From Bigelowiella natans CCMP2755 (Eukaryota > Protista > Cercozoa), in NCBI GenBank assembly GCA_000320545.1, contig ADNK01001727.1:1-64000 (forward strand): 64,000 nt of DNA, given 5' to 3'. The translations under genes and the position numbers were made by a program. Numbering within the stretch: position 1 is the stretch's first letter; every line of letters starts with the position of its first letter. The notes beneath the pieces were generated by a model. That model ran no database searches and had not been told where the DNA came from. It saw only the letters and a program-made list of their open reading frames with translations. This document shows, piece after piece, positions 14,701-26,300 of the stretch.

Positions 14701-16608
14701 CAAACAAATTATTACCTGTGTTTGCTGTTGTTCCAAGTCGGCATGGTCCAAGACTCTATTTAGTAGGATAAGTTGCATTCATGCACATTTATTTTGTGGT
14801 TCATGCGTTTGAACCCCAACATCGACACACACACACACACACACACACACTATAATCAAGAAAGTTTGTAATAATAACTTGCTACCAGGCAAGATTATTT
14901 CATAACACACGACCAATACTTATGATGGTCTAATATTTTCATTGCCTTTGTTGTAAATCTATTACTTTGTTGTTATCTCATTTGCCACACGTTTGAGCCG
15001 TGGATTGTTTACGGCACCTGTCATCATTGAAAATAATGTCAATAAGTATCATGAATACTTTTGATTTATGTCATGAAGTTTATAACTGATTTCCGTGTCG
15101 ATGAGCACTTCTAGCGCCTCCAGCTTCGTTTTGCCCTCCAATTCAGCTTTAAGTGCCTGACATAATCATTATAATGATGAATGACGGGAGTCTCCTGTAG
15201 TTAAATACTGATTTTGATTTCATGGATAGTACTACAGTGTTCGTCCATTGTAGCTTACGTACATCACATTCTATTTTGAAGCTGGGCATGCATATGCTTA
15301 GTAGCAACTCCAAAATTTTGGCAATAACATACATCACTAAATTCCAGATTCTTTGCCTTGAAACTTTCTGCTTCCTCAATCTCTGCACTGATTTCTAAAT
15401 TAAAATTATAAAACAAAAAATACTTCACACGTTACAGTAATGAGTGGTACGACAACCAATTGTCAAAAACATGATGTCCTATCAAATTATACAGGGAATT
15501 GAGATTGGATTAGAGTTTGCCACCAGAAACCAGCTCCATGATTCCTTTGAACCTTCTCTTTTCATCACCCGTCTTTGAGGCACGAATTACAGCACAACGA
15601 AGACCCGGCCTCTCAGCGACAACAAACAATGCCTTATAAAATAGAACGAGAAATGAGTGGCAGTGGAGAAAGAAATATTACTTAGAATAAATAGCGGCAG
15701 ATCTCGTTTCCACTAGCAATATTAACAGTAAAAGAAAAACTTAATTTTCGAATAAGTGTTATTCTCTTTACCTTATCATCTGCCAAAAACTTCGGAAGAC
15801 CCATCCGCTTCAAAATCTCATTAAAACCGGGCCCTCGAGATACATACAGCTGCATCGAATTGTTAGAAGGTATATGTGAGAAGTGGAGAAGAAGTAATAG
15901 TATGATGCTTATTGTATACCGTTGGCTCAACATTACCATATATTATAGGGTTCTACAGAGGAAATTATGACGGAAAGAAAGGAAATAGCAGCGCTGGAAT
16001 TTTGTAATTCTGACCTCTGATCTAGAAAGAATCCACGCCTGTTGAAATGCACTATCCGATCCCTTTAGGTTATCATTCTTTGAATGACTACCAAGGACTT
16101 CAGACTAAAAACTTCAGCTAATTTTATCACATACCTTCTTTGCACTATACTGCATAAGCATGCCCCGATTTACTACAAATTTTTTCGGTTTCCACCTTGA
16201 TTTCTTAGAACTACCATTCCTCCATAACTCGTAGATGATCTGGGCTTGAACGCTGCAGTTGGTCAATGTTGCGATGGTCAATGTTACGATGACTTCAAAC
16301 AAGTAATGCAATTTCATCAAAAGTGCTTGTTGCAGCAGGGAGATGACAAGAAATCGCACAAAAAAAGTACTAGGCGCTATTTTCATTCCCTAAGTTCCAT
16401 TGCAAGTACCAGGTAGGCATTAAATCATGCAATGAATTACTGAGCATGCATACTTAATTACTATACTGAGCCTTGATGTTGTTTTTTGCTAATATGTATG
16501 TTATTACGGAGCTCGAGACTTGGGCCCGGAATTGTAATCATTCTTTGTGTCGAATTTATGGCTGGAAGCCAGTAAGTCTCTCGTATTCTTTGAATTTCCC
16601 AATCCCAT
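998..16608 (-). CDS. Giant multi-exon Ariadne-type RBR E3 ubiquitin ligase fused to PH, RanBP2-type zinc finger, NHL repeats, SPRY-like, jelly-roll and ARM-like regions (well over 3000 aa; 3' end uncertain)
   Basis: ATG 16608 gives MGLGNSK and splices in phase 2 to a PH-like exon (SRWKPKKFVVNRGMLMQY). RING1 is CPICFDEV..ACGH..FCNDCW..CMYHKC (~13480-13900). IBR is CPAAGC..CNCGYSFCRFCGKEAHRPLPC. RING2 is PCPR|CLKWIEKNQGCNHMTC..CGHEFCW|ICLGDW (12245-12330). The exon ending WWDTLLD-G| joins in phase 1 to the ~6.8-kb exon 10171-3344 (ORF 3252..10169), which has WACVLCSYLN..RCARC and NHL repeats (FNRPTGL..ISDSGNHRV, NNPWGI..IADMYNNRI, YPYNL..VADYSNARIQIF). Phase-compatible exons continue at ~3087-2875, ~2620-2325, 2250-2080, ~1574-1333 and ~1225-1105. 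Confidence 0.8.
1708..1830. repeat. Intronic tandem duplication, ~61 bp x2
   Basis: TCCAAAGACCGCGCAACATATTTCTAATAATATGAA(G/C)CAAGATATTCATGCAACACGTAAAT occurs twice head to tail. Confidence 0.85.
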
Positions 16609-17513
16609 CTGATTTATCACCGAAAAAAACATACAAATGAGTCTTCGAAAGTAAAGGGCTACTAATGCAGCATTCAATTTCGAACAACAGAAGTAAATGT
16701 TCGTTCATAAACAAGCCAATAATCATTGCATTCATCTGCCCTAACCTAGAGCAATTGCGTAGAGGTTTGACAAGATACGATACTCGGAACTCTCTCTTCT
16801 CTCTTCTAGATCTATGCCTCGATTGGCAGAGACTTATGTAAATCTATTGTGGCATTGTTGCCGCTGCTTCTCATATGGCAGAAATACCTAAAAATAGCTG
16901 TGCACGCTGTGTTGACCACGAACGATACTGCTTCTAAACGGCCTTTTAGACCTGGAACGTAGAATTGTCGTAAAGATGAATTGAAAGGTGTTATTTAGTT
17001 CGTCCACAAGAAAGTTCTGAATCCACACTTGGAAATATCTCGATTCCGTGTATGTTATTGCAATTTAGGTCTCGGAATTCCAGTCGTTCCTTAAAAAATG
17101 CAGATGAATAACACTGTACTGATGATGAACATTTTTAAATATTTAGACATAAAAGTAAAACCAGAATTCTTGAGTTTATTTGAACAGAATGCATGATTTG
17201 CTTGCAAGAAACAAATCTTCAAGCTGTTTCATTGGCTTTGAGAATTTAAATGTTGTATTTTAAAAAAAATGGAAGTTATTTCGTCATAATGGTAGATTTG
17301 AAGAGATAAAATAAGTCTTAGTCAAGTTCACCCTTCATACAAAGTTGAAGGTCCGCACACCACCCTAGTCCCGCATTGTTGGGACTGAACACGATACATC
17401 GAAGATTATGTTTGCCCCCAATATTTTAAAATTTATTGAAAGCCATGCAGCTACACCTTTGAAGTAAGGTTCTTATTATGAAACTCAAAAATTAGGAGGA
17501 AATCCAAATTGCT

Positions 17514-19129
17514 ATGTTGCGATCATCATTTCGTTCTTTGAGAACTTCGAGTACTTCACTCCACGCGTCTCAGGTTTTGATAAAACACACCACATCTATA
17601 ACAATATCGTTATCATCATCACATGAACACTACCGAAGAGTTGGGTTTGTATTCCAACAAAGAAAGTAAAGCACGGGGGAATTATGGCTCGATGATATTG
17701 GTTGATCCAAAGAGGAGAGTGTAAAGAGAGTAATGTTCATCTAGCTGTGATACATGCACCTTTAGAGTGCAAAGCGTTTAGTAATCTTCTGATAAAATTG
17801 TATAACAGCGGCTGCGTATGATGTCCACTACTGCGGTGATTGAATTCACTCCGTTCAAAGGGTACAAGCTGGACGATATACCCGATAACAAAATAGAGGT
17901 CACCAAGGACGAGTGCATGAAGTATTTCAGGTATAGTTTGGTTTCAGTGATGTTCTTCTATCCTCTGTATTTCACATACACTTACTTACATTATTTTAGG
18001 GAAATGTCGTTGTATCGGAGATTCGAGATCATGGCTGATACTCTCTACAAGCAGCGTCTAATTCGCGGATTTTGCCACCTTTATGATGGACAGGTGTGCA
18101 TTAAATGACATGATTATGACAACAGTATGGAACTTTAAAATCAAAATTGAATCTGTTATATTAATGGTGTATGCCCAAAATACAGATAATACGTGTCCAC
18201 CCTTTGTTTTCGGCAATCATTATTACAAGCATCTGCACATTCAGGAAGCTATCATCACGGGAATGGACGCTGCTGTGGAACACAGCGACTCTTTAATCAC
18301 ATCTTACCGTTGCCACGCCCATCAAATTTCCCGAGGTGATACACCAGCTAATGTGTATGCTGAGCTTCTAGGGAGGCAAACTGGTTGCTCCAAAGGAAAG
18401 GGAGGCTCGATGCACATGTACCGATCAAAGTCGAATTTCTTTGGGGGTAATGGCATTGTTGGAGCTCAAGTACCACTTGGAGCAGGATTGGGTTTTAGCC
18501 ACAAATACAAGGAAGATGGGGGAATTGCTATATCAATGTATGGTGACGGAGCCGCTAATCAAGGTCAGGTTTTCGAGGCTGCGAATATGGCCGCCCTATG
18601 GAAGCTGCCGGTAGCTTTCGTCTGCGAAAACAATCAATATGGAATGGGGACATCAGTGGAGAGGCATGCTTTCAACTCTGATTTCTATACTCGAGGACAC
18701 TATATCCCTGGAATATGGATTGATGGTATGGACGTCTTAGCGGTCAAAAAGGGTTTCGAGTATATTAAGAAATATTGCAATGAGGGGGAAGGGCGACCCA
18801 TATTTGTTGAATGCCAAACCTACCGTTATCACGGGCATTCAATGTCTGATCCTGGAATCAGCTACCGTACACGAGAGGAAGTACAAAGTGTAAGGAAGGG
18901 TAGAGATTGCATTGAAAATATGAGGAACCTTATCATTGACCAAGAATGGGCAGAGCCTGATGAACTTAAGGCAATTGAGAAAGAAATCAGGAAAGAGATC
19001 GATGCTGCTGTTAAAGAGGCAAAGGCTGCAACTGAATTATCTGGAGATAAGCTCACTGAAGATATTTATAAAGGCGAGTATCCTCCTTTCATTCGTATGA
19101 TCGATGAAAAAACCTCCATACAGTATTGA
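17514..19129 (+). CDS. PDHA1: Pyruvate dehydrogenase E1 alpha subunit, mitochondrial; exons 17514-17573, 17809-17930, 18000-18093, 18245-19129
   Basis: Motifs [55 protein letters not shown] (TPP-binding) and [13 protein letters not shown]. The N-terminus [23 protein letters not shown] looks like a mitochondrial presequence. Three phase-consistent GT-AG introns. Confidence 0.97.
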
Positions 19130-20300
19130 AGAAATTTATAAGGTTCCAATGTGCAAACGATGATATGATGAATGCTACAACTTTGCATATGTTTTCTACT
19201 TTGTAGAGTATTTGTGAAGTGAGTCGTCGTATTGCTCATTTCATGTGGAGTTTTTGAGCAATTCTAGGGACAATCAGTCTTGACAAATAAAGAATGTGTG
19301 ACAAGTACAACCTTCAGGGAAAAGGCTATGTGATGACATATATGTGATACTTATACTTGAATACCATGATGGTTGAAGGTGCGGTTACTATATTATAAGG
19401 TTCTGTGAAGTACTGTGGTGTAGAGATTACATTCTTGTTAAGTTGTCATCTTGATCACGGAATGTAATGACATGGATGATGTTAAAATTCAAAAATGGCT
19501 TTGTGAAAATTAATCATAGACAATGCATGAGCAAAAATTATAGCGATGAATTCTCCACGATGACACGCATTGGCGAAATGGTCGTGCATGCTAGCATGGC
19601 ACACTCGATCTTTGCTGGGCAGTTTTTGAGTCAAAGATTTTTCCGCAGCAAATGAGTAGCGGGAGCATCTCTAGATCCACCACTTGGACGAAACGCTTTT
19701 GTTCATTCTGGATATTGGATTCACTGCAACAAACCATTTTGCGGTGGCACATCTAGACATGCACGCGGCGGCGATGCTCGCTAGTAGCTAGTAGCTCATT
19801 TTTCGACTTTTCAGCGTTCAATGTGCCAAAAAATGAACAATGTGTGTGACTTTTTTTGCCAAAATTAATGAGTGTAGCTGCACGATGCTGGCACACGCTG
19901 GGCACGTTGCAAGGCATTCAAGGAAAAAAATGAAATACAAAGGAAAGAGTCGATTTTGGGCGCAACAACGGCGGCCTGCGCTAGCTAGCTAGTGCGGCAT
20001 AGGGTTGCACGTATAACGCCAAACAGATTTTGATGTTTGTGTGCTACACACATGTGTGCATGTTCAACCCTGACGAAAGTTAAAGTCCGCACATCTATTA
20101 GTGTTTTCACTAGAAAGTTACATGGACAATGGGCATGATGATTGTTTCTCGCACGACCGGGTAAATGAGTTCTAACGCCGTGGGCTCCATCGTGAGATAC
20201 AATGCAGATCTGCTCACAACATTTTATTACAGACCTTTCCTGCAGAACACGTACCCACTTTTGTTACTTCCATGATGCTGCTGCTTTGCCTGCTTCCAGC

Positions 20301-21006
20301 TTATATGTTGAGGTCTGCTGCTGTAGTTTTAGTGCCCGTCGCCACCACGTAGGCGCCTTGAATTACTTTCGCAAACAGGTCGGAGTCTACATGCACGCGC
20401 CTCGTGTCACGGTTACTGTTCCCTGTTGGCTGATCGATAATGATGGGGTCTAAGTAGAACCACTTGACACCGGACGCTAGAATGCCGTCCGCGATGTTCA
20501 CCATCGTGTACGCGGCACACGACCGCGTGCAGGGTGAATGGGGATTCTCATAGTTCTCCTTGGGTATGGGCATACAGCAGTATCCAGCTCGGAGAGTCAC
20601 CTACGGTTTGCGTTGTTATCAACCATAGTGTTGGTCGAGGAGGACTCAAATTGTTTTCCCCTTTAAAATTAGATTAATGAAGCAATGATGTCCACGAAGA
20701 CAGAAACCAAATACAGTGAGAGTACAAAGACGACGAAGGTTCCCACGACAAATCGAATTATTTACTATTTTGATATCACCACCACAGGCATCATTACATT
20801 AAATCGTCGTCATAATCATTCTTACCTCGATTGCTACTGATCCTGGTCTCATCCAGAGCGCATTGCTCAAACCAGAGCCATGGGATGCCGCGAGGACCGC
20901 AGTTCCTGAAGGAACGAACACAGCAGTAATGAAAGGGAGAGATAGATTGATCTCATTAATGGATATGCAACACCGTTACCCATGAATCCACGGATCATGA
21001 TGACAG

Positions 21007-21043
<37 letters not shown>

Positions 21044-22554
21044 AGTATCGTCATTTACCGACAGAAGAAAGGTTTATGTTATCATTACCATCGCCACCTC
21101 TATCACCTCCACCACTACTAACACCACCATAGTCAACATCGATCATAGTTTTTCTGCTTCCGACCGGCCATAATTTTCAGCTGCTCTTTGAAAGAATACT
21201 TTTTCTTCGCTTTTGGATGGAAATCCAACACCTTTATCTTAAGTTCTGTCTGACAAAGTCGTTGCATAAGTGGTTTCTCTAGCCCAGTCTTTGCATCCAC
21301 AAGGAGTCGACGCTTACCACGTTCTCCCGCGAGATGACGACGATAGGACTCAGGCGGCGATCTAGGGTCTGGGTACACTCCTCTCTGAATAACCACCACC
21401 CCTCCTTCATGTCGCTTCCTTGTTGTGATGTCTAGTCCACTGCGGAAAGCCTCAGCAAATCCCTGGTACATGCGCAGGGGCTTGCGATTCACAACCACCT
21501 TGGACATAGCAAGTCGGAGAGATGTCTCGCCGACTTGGTGCTGAATTAGTCCATTTGCTAGGGCGTAGTCATGGCAGCGACTTGGCATCTCGTTCCAAGG
21601 TGCGGCGTAGACCTTTTGGAAATAAGTTTTCCTTGCCTGCTGCTCCGCCGCCGCCTCCTCGTGGCTGTAAAAGATAACTTCGCCGAATGCGCTCATCATC
21701 TCCAGCTTCATTTTCTTTACATCCGGATCGAGATCTAGCTCATCCTCTTTATTCCAAAAGACTACAAAGTGGATTGGGCGAGGCAAATTTGCCTTTTCGA
21801 TCTGTCGTTTCCACAAAAAGGAGCATATCGCAACCCCTGCTCGAAGGGTGTGATCGAGGTTCACCTCCGTCTCCATCTCCACGACCAAAGCACTGCCAAC
21901 TCCCGCGTTTCCTGAGATCTGTTCTGCGACCACTCCGAAAGGATCCACATGCACCGATTGTACGCTATGGATTCCGCAGGGAGTGGGAGAGTGATAAACT
22001 GGAAACTCCTGCTCTGTTTGGCTTTCAGGTACAACTTGAACTCTGAAGTTGGCGTTGGAGGTGCCAGCAGACTGGACCCATTCGACCCACTCTTCCGAAC
22101 CAACCTGCATTCCTTGTGTTTGGGTAGCTGAGAAGATTGTCTCTGGATCAGAGACAAGTCTGTCACAGGTGTTGAATTCGCTACCAGCTGACGAATTATG
22201 CTGCAGGAACCCAGCGAAGTTCTTGAGCTGGTTGGCCTTCTTCGTCGGTATCTCTTTTTGCAGCACAACGCTCGTTGGAAATCCGAAAATAATCCGCGCA
22301 AGTATTGCAGGGATGCTAGAAACCGCATCTGTTCTGAAGACGAGACTCCATCGAAATTCAACCTGGACGGTCACTATGATGATCGCAAGAATTCCAAAAG
22401 CCAGAGTGATGGACATAGAATGCTTCTTTAAGAAACCAAAAACAGGCAAAACATTGTAGCTCCGGGAGTTGGAGGCTTTCACATTACTATTCTTCGTCTT
22501 CCCTGTCGAAGACACCTTGCGTCTCCGAGCCAGATGCATCGGGCGGATTCTCAA
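20301..22554 (-). CDS. Type II membrane glycosyltransferase family 61-like (DUF563) protein; exons 22554-21165, 20905-20826, 20600-20301
   Basis: N-terminal TM segment ITLAFGILAIIIVTVQV. The spliced C-terminus reads YSFKEQLKIMAGTAVLAASHGSGLSNALWMRPGSVAIEV, matching the GT61 pattern F.EQ..HGAGLTN..M.PGS.VIE. Splice phases are consistent. Confidence 0.8.
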
Positions 22555-22966
22555 GGATCAGGCGCAGACACGGTTACGTGTATCGATTTATGGATTTTCT
22601 CTCTGGAGAGTCTCGAGAAATCCTATAGGAAATCTCCTGACTCGAAACTATAAAAAAAAAGTGCATTGCATGTGGATCTAAAACGATGGAAATTTTCCTC
22701 AAAACAGAAAAGAAATCCTGAAATCCCATCTTCGGACACTCCACCGTCTTCGGACACTCCACCGTCTTCGGACAGCCACAAGAGACAGACCGTCGGACAC
22801 ATCTCCGGACAGTCAGAAGAGACAGACCTTCGGACACCTTTGGACGCGTCGGACAAAAAGACCATCTCCATGGAAACGCATTCATCTTGTAGCATTTTCT
22901 CACGACCTTGTGATTCCACCTGGACATTGCTAGATTGATGAGACACATGCATGTCGCTGTTCATGA

Positions 22967-23292
22967 TGTAGCGCGTACCACTACGCGGGCACAAGTCACG
23001 TGCGACAACAAAGGGGTTGTCGCGGATATAGAATATAGATAACGTAGATATTAATACAGCATAGGCACGTGGGTTCCGGCGGGACTCATGGCAGCACACC
23101 GGAAGTGTGCTGCCCCACGTGCGGCGGCATTCGCGAAAGCTTCGCGAATGATTACGCAGTGCACGATTTAATAAAAATATAATCTTTAATAAAAATAAAC
23201 ACAACTCTTCAAAAGGAAGCAAACGTGCCTTTCCCCCCCCCTGCCTACTTGTGCACGTAGCGCCTCGGCCTGTGAACACCTTACGCGCAACA
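22967..23292 (+). repeat. 5' LTR
   Basis: TGTAGCGCGTA...TACGCGCAACA with 10/11-bp terminal inverted repeats. Contains AATAAA twice. Identical to 28357-28682. Confidence 0.97.
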
Positions 23293-23297
23293 ACCTT

Positions 23298-23315
23298 TGG
23301 CTTCCACACACGGGA
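23298..23315 (+). promoter_or_regulatory. Primer binding site (18 nt, tRNA-Glu/Asp-like 3' end complement)
   Basis: TGGCTTCCACACACGGGA begins 5 nt after the 5' LTR. It parses as CCA complement, G73 discriminator, 7-nt acceptor strand and T-stem. The tRNA identity is inferred. Confidence 0.75.
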
Positions 23316-23331
23316 AACGATTTGACTAACA

Positions 23332-26300
23332 ATGTCACAGCAGCTAGAAGAACAGCAGGACTTTGGCTCGCAGGCCGTGCAAGGGCACGAGCAGAAACAG
23401 GAAAGGAAGGGCGATACGGACGCTAAGGAAGGAGGAGGAACACCTCCACAGGCACCGCCGGGACCAGCACCCGGGATTAAGAAAGCAGATGCAGCAGCAG
23501 AGGCACTGGAGAACTTCTACGAGGCGGACGACGAGGACGTGGCCGCCGAAAGCAAGAAGGTCGTAATGGCATTACGAGCCTTGCGACCCAGGGCGAGCAA
23601 CTACGCCAAACTGAAAGTATCGATAGAATACAAGTATCAGACACATGATGTTTGGGCAGCTATCATGCAGGACATCATGGATTACGAAGCAGACTTACCT
23701 CCAGAGTGGGCAGCTTTGTTTAGGAACGACGGGGGTCTGGGCGCCTCGCGGGGGACGACCCAGAGCACCGTCAAGCAGCAGCAGCCGGTACAGCGGAACA
23801 CCCAGTTCATGTCTGTTAAAACAGCACCGGTTATGATAACGAAATACAACGGGAAAAGAGGTGAGGCAAGGAGGTGGTGGAAGAACGCTAGGAGTATACT
23901 CTGCGACTTTACCCCTAACCCCACCGAAAACGACAAGCTCAAATGGCTAGCTATAATAAAGCAAGCCATGGACCTTTACGAGACAGGCAGGACCCGGATC
24001 AGGCAGCTAGAGAAAATACACACTACAGTTAGTGGGCTACGAGACGTTGAGGCGATAATGAAGGCTTTTGTAAATGAACAGGATGCTAACTCCCTACCCC
24101 AGGCTATTAGAAAATACAGAGCAATGATGCAGCATGAGAGAGAACCTGTTAGAGACTTTGCCACGCGCTTCCAGGATATGATCGACGAACTACATGATTT
24201 TAATTACAACACAGGTGATGATCAGGCAAGGTTTGAAGAGTTCAAGTTAAAGATAAAGGAATCCACTTACGTTACGGAGAAAGGCTACACCACGATGGAG
24301 GCAGCAGTGCAGGCTATATCCCTACGCGAGCAGGAGCAGGACCGCAAGTTTACCAGCCCTAAGGTACCTGGCATAGGAAACATTAACGCTATTAAGCCGC
24401 AGCGAGACTGGTACAAGGACAGGGAAGGTAACCGACGTTGCGGATACTGCTCACGTAAAGGGAAACACACCGCTAAAGACTGCAGAGACAGGAAAGAAGG
24501 ACGACCCAGGATGACGATCAGGCAGCTCAACGAACACTACGAGAAGTTAAAGAGAAAGAAAGGCAGAGGACAAGGATATAACAACAGCAAATGGCAAGGC
24601 AGCAACAACGGGAAGAACAATAAATATAAGAACAAAAAGCAGAACAGTATCAATGCTATACAGCAGCAGATAAACGGAATATTAGATCACCTTAAGCAGG
24701 CGCCGACGAAGACAGCAGTACCAGCAACGCAGGACCAAGACAAGCCCATGACCCTAGACGACATAAAGAACTTAGGAGTATGCAACATTAATGACGAAGA
24801 CGCTAACAGGACTATCAAAGTTGCTATGACCAAGGTTAAAGTTAAAGACAGCTACGGAGACTACAAGAAACTACCTGCCCTTTGGGATAGTGGCAGCATG
24901 CCGAAGTCCTTCATAAGCCTAAGCACAGTAAGAAGGTTAGGACTATTGGATCAAGTGACTAAGAAAGAACGTAAATATGCTCAAGCAGACGGAAGCTCTT
25001 CCATGAAGACCGTCGGTGAGCTAATGCTAAAGCTACAGATACCTGGCAGCGACGCGGAGACCCAAATCAAGACCCGAGTAGCCATGACTTTATCCATGGA
25101 ACTACTCCTCGGACAGGATGCCCTAGAAAAATTAGGGGGGATCATATCATTCTACAATCACAAGATATACTTTGCTAAGTTGCCAAAGAAGTCAGGCAGG
25201 ACCATCAGCCAGAACATGATACGGCTTGACGAGTGGACCTCTGAGTCAAGCGTTAATGCGTTAGAGTTTATGGACCTAGCGGACAACAAGCTACCTACAC
25301 CTACCGAGCTACGGAAGAAGAACCCCGGCAAGACCATCCGACAGATAACGGAGCTACTGGACAAGACCCCCCCAGCTGATGATTGGGATATCGACAAAGG
25401 CAAAAAGTACATTAATAAAATATTAAACGAGAAGTACTCTGACATCACCAAGCCGACGACGAAGCCCTCCAGCAAGCTTACCCCAGTAAAGATCGAGCTA
25501 AAGAAGGGATACGAAGAGTGCATCATCAATGACCCAGAACATAGGCGACCGGAAGCGGACTGGGAAAAGATAGAGTGGCAGATCAATGAATGGGCAAAGG
25601 AAGGGAAGATAGAGCCAAGCAACTCACCATGGAACGTGAGACATGTGCTAGCTAAGAAACCTACTTACCCTTTCTTCCGCCTGGCGCACAACTTCATCCG
25701 CCACAACCGAGTAATAAAGAGGATCCAGACACCTACACCAAGGATAGATGACGTTATTGAACACGTCATAGGATACAAATACTACTCTTCCCTAGATAAA
25801 AATGAATCATACATGCAGACACCCATCCACAAAACCTCCCGCCCCATTACCGCGTTCTCCAGCAGGCACAGGAAGTGGCACTTCGTCGTATTCCCTTACG
25901 GCCTAAGCATATCAGGGGATGCGTTCAGTAGTCAGAACTACAGGGCATACACACATGATGGGATGGCGTCTGTGTTGTGGGTGTTTGTGTTTGTGTATGT
26001 GGATGATGACATAATATGTACCAACACAGTCGTCGCTCAGATCTTCCTCCTGGAAAATATATTTATTAGGTTTGCACACTTCGGTTTTACTATTAGACTG
26101 CAGAAGTGTACATTCCTAGCTACAAGAATCAAGTGGTGTGGATATTACCTGGAGCAAGGCCGCATCACCCCAAACCCCGAGAAAGTAGCAGCACTACAGC
26201 AAGCCCCTAAACCTAAGAATGCAAAGGAGTTAAAGTCATTCTTGCAGACTGCAGCTTGGATACTACGTAGGTTCTCCCCTACCTACGCTAGGACTGCAGC

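Noticed and set aside
22623-23309. 228-aa minus-strand ORF, and its partial twin at 28310-28747
   Set aside because: It runs across the LTR/host junction and has no recognisable protein features, so it is most likely a chance open frame.
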